Shown: positions 1 through 9,002 of the stretch, one piece after another
Layout: every line of letters starts with the position of its first letter
Numbering within the stretch: the stretch's first letter is position 1
IMG/VR virus record: IMGVR_UViG_3300032289_001255
Location: 17,432 to 81,431 of that record
Strand: one strand, 5' to 3'
Length of the DNA: 64,000 bases
DNA from: a virus
Lineage: Duplodnaviria > Caudoviricetes
Notes under the pieces: model-generated
What the model was told of the DNA's origin: nothing
Databases searched by the model: none
What the model saw: the letters and a program-made list of their open reading frames with translations, nothing else
Translations under genes and position numbers: made by a program

Positions 1-1
1 G

Positions 2-124
2 AAGAATCTATATTATGCCAATACAGATGACGGTGATAAACAAACAGCTATGGAAACAAAAACTGTTGAAACGAAACCAATTGTACAAGAATCCGATTGT
101 GAAAGCGGAGCTTGTGCTTTATAA
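2..124 (+). CDS. nrdA: Ribonucleotide reductase class Ia alpha subunit, 3' end (partial, runs off window start)
   Basis: Frame 2 reads KNLYYANTDDGDKQ...ESDCESGACAL*: the KxLYY motif plus the C-terminal redox Cys pair typical of NrdA, directly upstream of nrdB. Confidence 0.9.
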   Translation, partial: KNLYYANTDDGDKQTAMETKTVETKPIVQESDCESGACAL

Positions 125-137
125 TAAAAAAATACAT

Positions 138-1196
138 ATGAAAACTGTACTAAATAAGAAAAACATAGATCAGTTGCGCAACCCAATGTTCTTGGGAGAA
201 GATCTATCGCTTCAGCGATATGATAAGATCAAATACCCAAAGTTTTATGATTTGTACGATCAACAACTGAATTTCTTTTGGCGACCCCAAGAGGTTTCGT
301 TGGTGAAAGATATTAGCGATTACAAGAATCTTTCTGCTGAAGAACGATTTGTTTTTGACAGTAATTTAAAATTTCAAACTATGACTGATAGTATGTTGAG
401 TCGTAGTATTCACGAACTAATGAAGCACGTTACAAATAGTGAATTGGAAATTTGCATGAATGCGTGGAGTTTCTTTGAAACTATTCACAGTAATAGTTAT
501 ACATACATTCTTAACAATGTTTATCCAGATGCTACCAAGTTCTTTGATAGTGTCTTAGAAGACGAAGAAATTGTGAAACGTGCTAAAGCTATTAGTAAGA
601 AGTATGACGAACTATTAGCACCATCGGATGACGTTAAACAACAATTATTTGATGCGGTATTGGCAACTCAAATTACTGAGGGGTTGATCTTCTATGTATC
701 ATTTGCTTGTAGTTTTTATTTTGGATATCGTGGAAAGATGGAGGGTAACAGTAAGATTATTAAGTTTATTAGCCGTGATGAAAATCTCCACGTTGCTATT
801 ACCCAAAATATTATGAAGAACTGGATTAATAACCCAGAAGAAGGATTCCAAGATATTGTTAAGAAGAACGAAGACAAGATATATGCTGCTTATGAAATGG
901 CAGTAAATGCAGAAAAAGACTGGGCTGATTATTTATTCAGTAAAGGTAATCTAGTAGGTTTGACCAGTGAAAGTCTCAAACACTATGTTGAATGGTTGGC
1001 TAACAATCGTTTATCTAGTATGGGATACAAGAAACTATATCCCACAGCCAAGACAAATCCATTGGCTGGATGGTTGGATAGTTATTATGATAGTAAGAAG
1101 TTACAGGTAGCCCCCCAAGAAACTGAATTGAGCAGTTACGTTAAAGGTGTAGATAATACCATTAGCGAGGGCGCTTTTGATGACTTCAAACTATAA
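138..1196 (+). CDS. nrdB: Ribonucleotide reductase class Ia beta subunit
   Basis: FFWRPQEV, ETIHSNSY (ExxH plus radical Tyr), TEGLIFY, RDENLH, C-terminal PQETE..SY. Start placed at ATG 138 because 15-137 overlaps nrdA. Confidence 0.96.
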   Translation: MKTVLNKKNIDQLRNPMFLGEDLSLQRYDKIKYPKFYDLYDQQLNFFWRPQEVSLVKDISDYKNLSAEERFVFDSNLKFQTMTDSMLSRSIHELMKHVTNSELEICMNAWSFFETIHSNSYTYILNNVYPDATKFFDSVLEDEEIVKRAKAISKKYDELLAPSDDVKQQLFDAVLATQITEGLIFYVSFACSFYFGYRGKMEGNSKIIKFISRDENLHVAITQNIMKNWINNPEEGFQDIVKKNEDKIYAAYEMAVNAEKDWADYLFSKGNLVGLTSESLKHYVEWLANNRLSSMGYKKLYPTAKTNPLAGWLDSYYDSKKLQVAPQETELSSYVKGVDNTISEGAFDDFKL

Positions 1197-1223
1197 ATAA
1201 AATTATAATTAGTTAAAAATGTG

Positions 1224-1252
1224 ACGGGTACTTTAAATAGTATCCGTTTTTT
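1224..1252 (+). terminator. Rho-independent terminator after nrdB
   Basis: ACGGGTACT-6 nt loop-AGTATCCGT stem (one G-U pair) followed by a T tract. Confidence 0.6.
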
Positions 1253-1276
1253 ATTATATTTATATTTATCTCTATT

Positions 1277-1831
1277 ATGGAAATCATTTTTGCATATCTT
1301 GAAAAAATATTGGTAATAAGCGCCGCTGGTGGAGTGCTTTTTGGAGCATTTAAGTGGGTATTTACATTAAATAGGAATGTAAAAGAAATTTTAAAAGAAG
1401 TTAAGCCCAATTCTGGAACTTCTTTGAAAGATCAAGTTGCGAAGATTGAAAAACAGGTATGTTATGATAGTAATTTGATAAACACTATATGTAGAAGACA
1501 ACGGTGGATATTGGATAATAGACCAGAGCCAATATTTGAATGTGACGTTGACGGTAAATGTACGTGGGTAAATGAAAAATATTGTCAATTATTAAAACAC
1601 GATGTGGAATATTTCTTGGGTAATGGATGGAAAAACGGTATATACGGAGACGATTTAGAAATGGTTGAAAAAGAATGGGATAGAGCAATTAAAGATAAAA
1701 GAAGTAGTGTTAGTACACATAGAGTGGTTGATAGAGAAGGAACTATATATAACGTTAAAGTAGTAGCTACTAGAAATGATGGTTATGGGTATATAGGACA
1801 TATTGAAGTATTAGACGATAAAAAAGATTAA
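1277..1831 (+). CDS. Membrane-anchored stand-alone PAS-domain protein
   Basis: N-terminal hydrophobic helix (ILVISAAGGVLFGAFKWVF), a coiled segment, then a PAS-like pattern (PIFECDVDGKCTWVNEKYCQLL..FLGNGWKNGIYGDD..VEKEW..RVVDREG). Confidence 0.75.
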   Translation: MEIIFAYLEKILVISAAGGVLFGAFKWVFTLNRNVKEILKEVKPNSGTSLKDQVAKIEKQVCYDSNLINTICRRQRWILDNRPEPIFECDVDGKCTWVNEKYCQLLKHDVEYFLGNGWKNGIYGDDLEMVEKEWDRAIKDKRSSVSTHRVVDREGTIYNVKVVATRNDGYGYIGHIEVLDDKKD

Positions 1832-1868
1832 TAATTAGATACCCAACACTATTTATATGTATATTAAT

Positions 1869-2501
1869 ATGAAGTCTTCTAAAGAATTAGTCAATAAACT
1901 CGTAAAAGAAACACTAGAACAAAAGTACACCAATGCTTCGGCTTCTTGGAGTGATTTAATCGACGAATTATCCAAAGAAATCAAGAAGCCTATTGAACTA
2001 GATGATGCTGGTAACTATAATGTATGTGAATGTGAACCATATCACATTAGTATTAGACCAATTGTACACGGTATTTGTGATGTACAAGCATTCAAAGATT
2101 ATAGTGACAGAACCAAGAAACTTTTTATGAAGTTTGAAGATGTCAAGAAATTCGTAAAAGAATATTTAACTTCAAAAGATTTAAATTATGTGGACAGTGC
2201 TTTATCTAAACCAGTAGATAATAGTAAAGATAAACAAGGCGGTACGTCAGCTGACAAAAAAGAAGATATGGAACATATGGTTGATTTCAAAGACAACTAT
2301 AAAGTAATAAAAAATATCAAAGCTGAACCAATGAATAAAGAAATTGATAACCCAACCGAACCTATGCAAGTAGTTGGAAAGTTTCTTAAATCATCTGAAT
2401 ATAAGAGTGTTAATCCAAAATACACTCCTCCTACTCTACCAAAAGCTCTGCAAAAATTGGTTGTAAAGTATACTAAGGCTGGTAAAGCTAAAAAGAAGTA
2501 A
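1869..2501 (+). CDS. Hypothetical protein, possibly virion/head-associated
   Basis: Long ORF; N-terminal LVNKLVKETLE resembles leaders of head proteins in large phages; basic C-terminus; alternative start at 1857. Confidence 0.6.
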   Translation: MKSSKELVNKLVKETLEQKYTNASASWSDLIDELSKEIKKPIELDDAGNYNVCECEPYHISIRPIVHGICDVQAFKDYSDRTKKLFMKFEDVKKFVKEYLTSKDLNYVDSALSKPVDNSKDKQGGTSADKKEDMEHMVDFKDNYKVIKNIKAEPMNKEIDNPTEPMQVVGKFLKSSEYKSVNPKYTPPTLPKALQKLVVKYTKAGKAKKK

Positions 2502-2530
2502 TTGACAATTTCTAGGTTTCGATGTACTAT
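2502..2530 (+). promoter_or_regulatory. sigma70-type promoter
   Basis: TTGACA-17 nt-TACTAT upstream of ATG 2558. Confidence 0.7.
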
Positions 2531-2557
2531 AAAAGTATATCTAAAAAAAGGATACAT

Positions 2558-2875
2558 ATGAAGAAATTAATTACTATCACAGCATTGAGTGCAACTTTAG
2601 CCTCTCAAACATTTGCTGGCGATAGAGAATGGGCTACGGTTGGTAAAGTATTGACCGGAGTTGCAGTAATTCACGTTATTGATAGAATTGTAAATCCCCC
2701 AACACAAGTTGTATATGTACAACCACAACCAGTGGTTTATGCACAGCCTGTAGTAGTACATCCTCAACCAGTAGTATATTATCAACCTGCTCCTGTTGTA
2801 TATGTGCAACCACAACCAGCAGTAGTTGTATATGGTGGTTGGGGTCGCCCCGTATGTCATTATCATCATCACTGA
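2558..2875 (+). CDS. Secreted Pro/Val-rich repeat protein (signal peptide, VYxQPxP repeats)
   Basis: MKKLITITALSATLASQTFA signal peptide, then GDREWATVGKVLTGV and repeated VVYVQPQP units; has its own promoter and terminator. Confidence 0.7.
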   Translation: MKKLITITALSATLASQTFAGDREWATVGKVLTGVAVIHVIDRIVNPPTQVVYVQPQPVVYAQPVVVHPQPVVYYQPAPVVYVQPQPAVVVYGGWGRPVCHYHHH

Positions 2876-2897
2876 TAATATTATTTTAAAATAACCT

Positions 2898-2928
2898 AAA
2901 CCACCAGTTACGGTGGTTTTTTTATTTT
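2898..2928 (+). terminator. Rho-independent terminator
   Basis: AAACCACC-agttac-GGTGGTTT followed by TTTTATTTT. Confidence 0.75.
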
Positions 2929-2932
2929 CTAG

Positions 2933-2960
2933 TTGACTTCTTATAAGTCTGTGGTAAGAT
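2933..2960 (+). promoter_or_regulatory. sigma70-type promoter with extended -10
   Basis: TTGACT-16 nt-TAAGAT with TGn just before the -10, upstream of the AAA gene. Confidence 0.55.
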
Positions 2961-2982
2961 GGTTTTACGGTAAGAAACACAT

Positions 2983-3954
2983 ATGAAAAATAAAAACTCA
3001 CTAAATCTGGTTACTGGCAAGGACTTCAATATCAAGGCTTATCTTGACACTTGTGTAAATCTACGTCCATCTTCTTTGATTATGGATGATCTCAAGTGGA
3101 AGTATATGGTACGTAGTGCTATTCGTGGCAAGAACATTCTGCTTCTTGGTCCAACTGGTTGTGGCAAGACTCTAGCAGCGCAAACTGTTGCTAAGGCTAT
3201 TGGTCGTGAAGATAACTTCTTCTATTTTAATTTGGGTGCTACGCAAGACGCTCGTAGTGCTTTGATTGGCAACACTCACTTTGATAAGAAGACTGGTACT
3301 CTATTTAAGGAGTCTAGTTTCATCAAGGCTATTCGTACCCCTAATGCCATCATTCTTCTTGATGAAATTAGTCGTAGTCATCACGATGGTGTTAATATTC
3401 TAATGACTGTTCTTGATGATCTCCAGCGTTATCTTCGTTTGGATGAAAAGGACGATTGTGAAGTCGTTAAGGTTGCTGAAGGTGTTACCTTTATCGCTAC
3501 CGCTAACGTAGGTAACGAATATACCGCTACCCGTGTAATGGATCGTGCTCTACTTTCACGTTTTCCGGTTAAGATCGAAGTAACTCCGCTTGATAAGGAC
3601 AGTGAGTTTAATCTTCTAAAGAACCGTTTCGATATTTCTACAGAAAATCATCTTGATATTCTCAAGGCTGTTTGTGAAATTGCGGAACATACACGTAAGC
3701 AGGTTAAGCAAGATGATAGCAAGCTAACCAATTTTATTCCCACTCGTTCAACAGTTGAAATTGCTGAACTTATTGTTGACGGATTTAATTTGCTTGAAAT
3801 TGCGGAGTCAACCATTTATCCTAACTTCAGTGATGATGGAGGTGTAGATAGTGAACGTACTTATATTCGTCAGCTTGTACAGAAGTACATCAAGGTTGAA
3901 TCTAAGGAAAAGCTATTTAATGATCCACTAAAGAGTGATCAGCCTCCTTTTTAA
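2983..3954 (+). CDS. MoxR/CbbQ/CobS-like AAA+ ATPase
   Basis: Walker A GPTGCGKT, Walker B ILLDEISR, FIATANVG..Y (sensor I), MDRALLSRF (Arg finger). Confidence 0.9.
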   Translation: MKNKNSLNLVTGKDFNIKAYLDTCVNLRPSSLIMDDLKWKYMVRSAIRGKNILLLGPTGCGKTLAAQTVAKAIGREDNFFYFNLGATQDARSALIGNTHFDKKTGTLFKESSFIKAIRTPNAIILLDEISRSHHDGVNILMTVLDDLQRYLRLDEKDDCEVVKVAEGVTFIATANVGNEYTATRVMDRALLSRFPVKIEVTPLDKDSEFNLLKNRFDISTENHLDILKAVCEIAEHTRKQVKQDDSKLTNFIPTRSTVEIAELIVDGFNLLEIAESTIYPNFSDDGGVDSERTYIRQLVQKYIKVESKEKLFNDPLKSDQPPF

Positions 3955-3979
3955 TAACTAAATAAACAAACAAACTATT

Positions 3980-6058
3980 ATGAGTAACTACAGTGATTTC
4001 TGGCTTAAAGACAACCATTATGAATGGGATTGGGAAGATGAGCTAGATGCGGCTATTGAAGAAGAATCAGATACAGATGCTACGGTTGATGCTGAGGATC
4101 GTCTCAGTGATACTACTGCTAGGTTGATTCGTCTATCTTCAGCTCGTCGTGCTGTTGCTAACTATGTTAGTATTCTGACGAACCAGAATATTCCTGTAGT
4201 ATTCAATGATAGTGCTGTAAATTGTACTGATGGTAAGCTAGTCTATATCAGTAGCGATATTACCAAGAAGGATAATTTTGATGTGGCTGTCGGACTAGCC
4301 TTACACGAAGGCAGCCACATCAAATATTCTGATTTTGAATTGTTTAAGACTGTATGGATGAATGTTCCCCGTGACATTTATAACTATACTGAAAAGCTAA
4401 GCATTTCAAAAGATGAAGTGGGTAAGACTTGTCAGACTATTCTAAACTATGTAGAAGATCGTTTTATCGATTATACTGTACATCGTAATGCTCCTGGCTA
4501 TCGTGGATACTACGATGCTTTGTACGACGAATACTTTAATAACAAAGTAATTAGTGATGCTTTGGATAGCGATATGTATCGTACACTAAGCATTGATTCT
4601 TATATGTACCGTATTATCAATCTTACAAATCCTAATACCAATCTTAAGGCTTTGCCTGGTTTGTACGACATTGCCAAAGAATTGGATCTTACCAATATTA
4701 GTCGTTTGACTACTCCAAAGGATCGGTTGAATGTTGCTTATAAGATTGCAGAAATTGTATTTAAAAATATCAATGAACACAATCAAAAGCAAACTGGGAC
4801 TGGATTCGATCAAAATGATAGTGGTGTACCTGACGATTCTAATGGAATGCCCGGTGATGGTGAATCTGGTAAATCAACTGATGATGTACTTGGCGGTATT
4901 GAGTCTACTGTAACAAGTGATAACGCTGCTGTAACAAGTGATGTTGGTACAGATGCAAATGTCAGTAAGACTAAACAGAGCAAGATTGCTAAGAGTTTTG
5001 AGAAACAGAAAGACTTTCTTGCTGGTAAGATCAAAAAGAAAAAGGTTTCCAAACGTGAAAAGACGATGTTGGATGTTCTTGAAAAGAGTCAGATCGATCT
5101 TGTGCCTGTAGCTCAAGAGATGATGAAAGCTAGTGGATACATTGGAAGTGTAGAATGTATTTTGGTTAAGAATATGACCAAGGAACTTATTCTATCTGAC
5201 GAATTTCCAATGAGCATTGGTGCTAACAATGAAGGTAGCCGTACTGAACTACAAAAGAATGTGGATGCTGGTATTGTTTTGGGTACAAAGCTAGGTCGTC
5301 GTCTTCAAATTCGCAACGAAATTAATATTGATAAGTTTACCCGTCGTAATTTGGGTAAGATTGATAAACGTTTGATGCATGAATTAGGATTTGAGACTGA
5401 TACCAATATCTTTTACAGCACATTTACTAATAAGTATAAGAAAGTAAACTTCCATATTAGTGTAGATGCTAGTTCTAGTATGCGCGGACCAAAGTGGAAT
5501 CGTACAATCAAGTTATGTGTAGCACTAGCAAAGGCTACATCTATGATTGATAATGTTGATCTTACTATTAGTTTTCGTACTACTATGAGCCACAATCCAT
5601 ACATTGTGGTTGCTTATAATTCTAAAGTAGACAAGTTTTCAAAGATTAAGAATTTGTTTTCTTATCTAATTCCAGTAAATACTACTCCTGAAGGATTGTG
5701 CTTTGAAGCACTAATGAAGTTTTTACCAAAGGCTGATACTAATACAAATAGTTATTTTGTTAATATTAGTGATGGTGAACCGTGTTTTTATTATAACAAC
5801 ACTTCAGCTGGTATTACATTTGCTTATCGTGACAAATCAGCTTGTGAACACACACGTACTCAAGTAAGAAAGATTAAGGAATCTGGTTATAATATTATTT
5901 CCTATTTCGTATCTGATTATGATAGTTTTGGTATAGAAGTGCTACGTCAGAACTTTAAAACGATGTATGGTAGTGATTCACATTTTATTAATGTGGAGAA
6001 TCTTAATCAGATTGTTAAAACAGTCAATTGTAAGATGATGGAAGCTATTGACATATAA
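3980..6058 (+). CDS. VWA-domain protein with N-terminal HExxH metallopeptidase-like motif (CobT-like MoxR partner)
   Basis: GLALHEGSH, NYVEDRFID, MIDAS DASSSM, TPEG, NISDGEP; acidic low-complexity linker; adjacent to the AAA gene. Confidence 0.85.
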   Translation: MSNYSDFWLKDNHYEWDWEDELDAAIEEESDTDATVDAEDRLSDTTARLIRLSSARRAVANYVSILTNQNIPVVFNDSAVNCTDGKLVYISSDITKKDNFDVAVGLALHEGSHIKYSDFELFKTVWMNVPRDIYNYTEKLSISKDEVGKTCQTILNYVEDRFIDYTVHRNAPGYRGYYDALYDEYFNNKVISDALDSDMYRTLSIDSYMYRIINLTNPNTNLKALPGLYDIAKELDLTNISRLTTPKDRLNVAYKIAEIVFKNINEHNQKQTGTGFDQNDSGVPDDSNGMPGDGESGKSTDDVLGGIESTVTSDNAAVTSDVGTDANVSKTKQSKIAKSFEKQKDFLAGKIKKKKVSKREKTMLDVLEKSQIDLVPVAQEMMKASGYIGSVECILVKNMTKELILSDEFPMSIGANNEGSRTELQKNVDAGIVLGTKLGRRLQIRNEINIDKFTRRNLGKIDKRLMHELGFETDTNIFYSTFTNKYKKVNFHISVDASSSMRGPKWNRTIKLCVALAKATSMIDNVDLTISFRTTMSHNPYIVVAYNSKVDKFSKIKNLFSYLIPVNTTPEGLCFEALMKFLPKADTNTNSYFVNISDGEPCFYYNNTSAGITFAYRDKSACEHTRTQVRKIKESGYNIISYFVSDYDSFGIEVLRQNFKTMYGSDSHFINVENLNQIVKTVNCKMMEAIDI

Positions 6059-6075
6059 TATAAAGATGGTATAAT
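6048..6075 (+). promoter_or_regulatory. sigma70-type promoter
   Basis: TTGACA-16 nt-TATAAT with TGn extended -10. Confidence 0.7.
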
Positions 6076-6122
6076 ATATAAACAGGGAAATTTATCACAA
6101 CATAAACAAGAAAGGATAAAAT

Positions 6123-6518
6123 ATGAAAAAGACAGACCGAAAGAATAAGACAAACCTAACAGTAACATGGCCTTCAAATATCTTTACTATTAAAGAGTTG
6201 AATGCTCAGAATCCAGACTTCGTAGAAATTACACTACGAGTTCGTATGAAGAAAGCAATTGATAGTAGTGAAATTACTGAGATTGGCGTTCTACATAATG
6301 GTAAAGGACGACCAACGTTAGTATTTGTGCATGGCACTCCTACTAAAGAACACATTGAAGAAGCGAAGAGTCGTCAAGTTATCTTGAAGAATCCTCCAAC
6401 TGTCAATGTCATTAAAATCACAAACATTCCAACGGTTGTGGATATCTTTGACAGAAAGAGTGTTGAAACAAGTATTAATGTACAGAGTGGTATGTCTAAT
6501 AATATTATTGGAGCTTAA
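6123..6518 (+). CDS. Hypothetical protein, putative winged-helix DNA-binding protein
   Basis: FTIKEL...TLRVRMKKAI...GKGRPTLVF pattern resembles a wHTH with a GRP wing; has its own promoter and terminator. Confidence 0.5.
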   Translation: MKKTDRKNKTNLTVTWPSNIFTIKELNAQNPDFVEITLRVRMKKAIDSSEITEIGVLHNGKGRPTLVFVHGTPTKEHIEEAKSRQVILKNPPTVNVIKITNIPTVVDIFDRKSVETSINVQSGMSNNIIGA

Positions 6519-6760
6519 GGTTTTGGAACATATGACCAAAGCGGATTGTACTTAAGCAATCCGCTTTTTTCTTTTGTATAGTAATTGATAATAGCTTTTG
6601 GGGCTTTTTCTTTTATTGTACGTATATATGCCGATGTCATATTCCAACTTCCATAATAAAGTGGTTCATCCATTTCACTATCTAATACCAAAAACTTAGT
6701 GGATGTTATTTCGAATATGTAAAACGTTTTATCTTTTAGATTGATTTTTTTAAATGCCAT
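6515..6760 (-). CDS. Hypothetical protein
   Basis: 81-aa ORF with ATG start, preceded by an ATATTTATA motif on the minus strand. Confidence 0.55.
   Translation of the reverse strand: MAFKKINLKDKTFYIFEITSTKFLVLDSEMDEPLYYGSWNMTSAYIRTIKEKAPKAIINYYTKEKSGLLKYNPLWSYVPKP
6538..6570. terminator. Bidirectional terminator hairpin between convergent genes
   Basis: AAAGCGGATTG-8 nt-CAATCCGCTTT perfect 11-bp stem followed by a T tract. Confidence 0.75.
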
Positions 6761-6778
6761 GATATACTAATTATAAAT

Positions 6779-7963
6779 ATGGATGCACTACAAGAATTTT
6801 TTGGAATTGAATCATTTGATTTCGAGACAAACAAAAAGAAACTCATAGATAATCTTAATTTTCTTAAATCAATGACTGTTGAAGAACAGACGTTTTATAA
6901 GAAATGGCAAGAAATTCAATCCTATGATGGATCTGTAAACAAGTTAAACGAAGTAAAAGCTAAAATTTGGACTCCAACCGATTTTAACGATGAAAATCTC
7001 ACAATATCTGAAATAGAACAATGTAATCCAACGTTGGTTCATATTGACTCAAAACGAGACAATGAAGACTGGACATTGATTCGTATTTTTGGTCATACTA
7101 TGTCGTTTGACCAAACTCCAGGCAGATTTCTTAAATTTCTCGTAACCGATGGAAATAAAGACAATCCCCGTTACATTGGCGCAATTAGTGTCTCAAGTGA
7201 TGTAATTGCGATTAGTGATCGCGATTCTTATTTGGGATGGACTTCTGACAACAAGATTAAAGATAAGAAGTTGGCTCATAGTGCTATTGGCAGTTGTATT
7301 ATGAGTACTCAACCGATTGGTTATAATTTTCTAGGGGGTAAATTGATAGCTGCAATGATTACAACATCAACTGTTCGTGATCTTTGGAAAAAATTATATA
7401 ATCAAACACTTGTAGGCATGACTACTACTTCGTTATATGGTAGTTATAGTATGTATAACAGTTTGAAGTGGTGGCATAAATGTGGTAGTAGTGCTGGTAA
7501 GATTTCTATTAAACCAGATGAAGATATCTATAAAGTATGGCACGAATGGGTAAAAGATAATCATACTGAAAAGTATGATAAAGCTATGACTCAGCGTGAA
7601 GGTGTATCTGGTCCGGTAACTGGAGCAAAAAGTAGGGTAATAGGTATGATTTTTAGTAAATGTGATATTAAACAAAGTCATTATCAACATGGATATGAAC
7701 GTGGGGTATATTATAGTTGTTTTTATGAAAATACCAAAGATTATCTACAAAACAAGATTGATGATGATAAATTAATTATGAAAGACTTGTTTAAACGTAA
7801 CACTCAAGCTGTTTGTGAGTGGTGGCGACCAAAGGCTATCGAACGATATAAAAAGCTAAAGAGTGAGTCAAATTTAAAGACTAATGTACATTTCTATAAC
7901 AATATGATTGGAATGTCATATGATGAAGCCAAGTCAGTTTATTTTCATGAAGTTGGTCGTTGA
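6779..7963 (+). CDS. DUF4338/DruA-like protein (possible Mom/GNAT-like fold)
   Basis: PGRFLKFLV, DRDSYLGW, QPIGYNFLGGKLIA, LVGMTTTSLYG..SMYN match motifs recalled for DUF4338/Druantia DruA. Confidence 0.7.
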   Translation: MDALQEFFGIESFDFETNKKKLIDNLNFLKSMTVEEQTFYKKWQEIQSYDGSVNKLNEVKAKIWTPTDFNDENLTISEIEQCNPTLVHIDSKRDNEDWTLIRIFGHTMSFDQTPGRFLKFLVTDGNKDNPRYIGAISVSSDVIAISDRDSYLGWTSDNKIKDKKLAHSAIGSCIMSTQPIGYNFLGGKLIAAMITTSTVRDLWKKLYNQTLVGMTTTSLYGSYSMYNSLKWWHKCGSSAGKISIKPDEDIYKVWHEWVKDNHTEKYDKAMTQREGVSGPVTGAKSRVIGMIFSKCDIKQSHYQHGYERGVYYSCFYENTKDYLQNKIDDDKLIMKDLFKRNTQAVCEWWRPKAIERYKKLKSESNLKTNVHFYNNMIGMSYDEAKSVYFHEVGR

Positions 7964-7988
7964 CATTTTATAAAATCTATGATAGAGT
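7960..7988 (+). promoter_or_regulatory. sigma70-type promoter
   Basis: TTGACA-17 nt-TAGAGT with TGn extension. Confidence 0.55.
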
Positions 7989-7995
7989 GAGTTAG

Positions 7996-8907
7996 ATGAA
8001 TAAATCACTTTGTTGTATATCGCTTAAACTCCAAGAACAAAATATCCGAGCTTCGACAATGACGAAGACTCGGTTTCTTGCATTGGAACGTAAAACTGCA
8101 GAAAAAACTGTAGCAGATCGTACATTGAATAATGTATACGTAACACGTAAGACACTAGAGTTCTGTGTTTTACACAAATGGAACTATCGGGTTAGTAGTG
8201 GTATGATGCCTCTGGAAACTCTTCCAGAAGCAAATCTTTCAATCGAAACCACATACAATTACACAAAAATTAAACAAGAGTTTGATTTGTGTACATCTGT
8301 CATCAAGAAAAACAATATTCGTTGTAGTACGCATCCAGATCAATTTGTTGTGCCTGCTAGTGCAAATTTATCTGTAGTAAAGAAATCTATCATTGAATTG
8401 GAAGCTCACGGAAAAATGATGGATGCTATGGGATTGCCTCAGACATATGAAGCTCCAATCAACATTCATATGAACTGTTATAAAGGTAATCTAAATGATA
8501 TCGCATTGCGTTTTATTGATGTATACAATGATTTGCCTATTAATGTAAAATCCAGATTAGTACTTGAATTAGAAGATAAACCCAATAGTTGGGGATTGAT
8601 TAATCTTTATGATCTGATATATCAAAAAACAGGAATCCCCATTACTTATGACTCACATCATTTTAGATTAAATAATCCAGAAAATATTTCTCCTGAAAAA
8701 GCCATCTTAATGTGTATGGAAACTTGGGGTAAATATAAACCGTTATTTCACTACAGTAATGGTAGATCTGGTCCAACAGACCGAGCACATTCAGATTATG
8801 TATATATTTTACATAAAGAACTATTTGAAAATGATGTTGATGTGGAGTTTGAGTTTAAAGCTAAGGACTATGCTCTTGAACGTTTTGAAAAAGAATTCAA
8901 AATTTGA
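7996..8907 (+). CDS. uvsE: UV damage endonuclease (UvsE/UVDE family)
   Basis: YRVSSGMMP, RCSTHPDQF, INIH, RLVLELED, IPITYDSHH, PLFHYS, AHSDY, EFEFKAKD. Confidence 0.92.
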   Translation: MNKSLCCISLKLQEQNIRASTMTKTRFLALERKTAEKTVADRTLNNVYVTRKTLEFCVLHKWNYRVSSGMMPLETLPEANLSIETTYNYTKIKQEFDLCTSVIKKNNIRCSTHPDQFVVPASANLSVVKKSIIELEAHGKMMDAMGLPQTYEAPINIHMNCYKGNLNDIALRFIDVYNDLPINVKSRLVLELEDKPNSWGLINLYDLIYQKTGIPITYDSHHFRLNNPENISPEKAILMCMETWGKYKPLFHYSNGRSGPTDRAHSDYVYILHKELFENDVDVEFEFKAKDYALERFEKEFKI

Positions 8908-8918
8908 TCAAAAAGTTG

Positions 8919-8947
8919 TTGACGGATTAGTGATTAGATGGTAAGAT
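8919..8947 (+). promoter_or_regulatory. sigma70-type promoter
   Basis: TTGACG-17 nt-TAAGAT with TGn extension. Confidence 0.6.
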
Positions 8948-9002
8948 AAATTTAAGTTAGTGATGAAACTAACGAAACAAAAAAAAGAAAGTAATATATA
9001 AT

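Noticed and set aside
15-137. N-terminal extension of the nrdB ORF called by the ORF track
   Set aside because: It overlaps the nrdA 3' end in another frame; the real start is most likely ATG 138
6779-7963. Bacterial Druantia defence island
   Set aside because: No other dru genes, and all neighbours are phage-type
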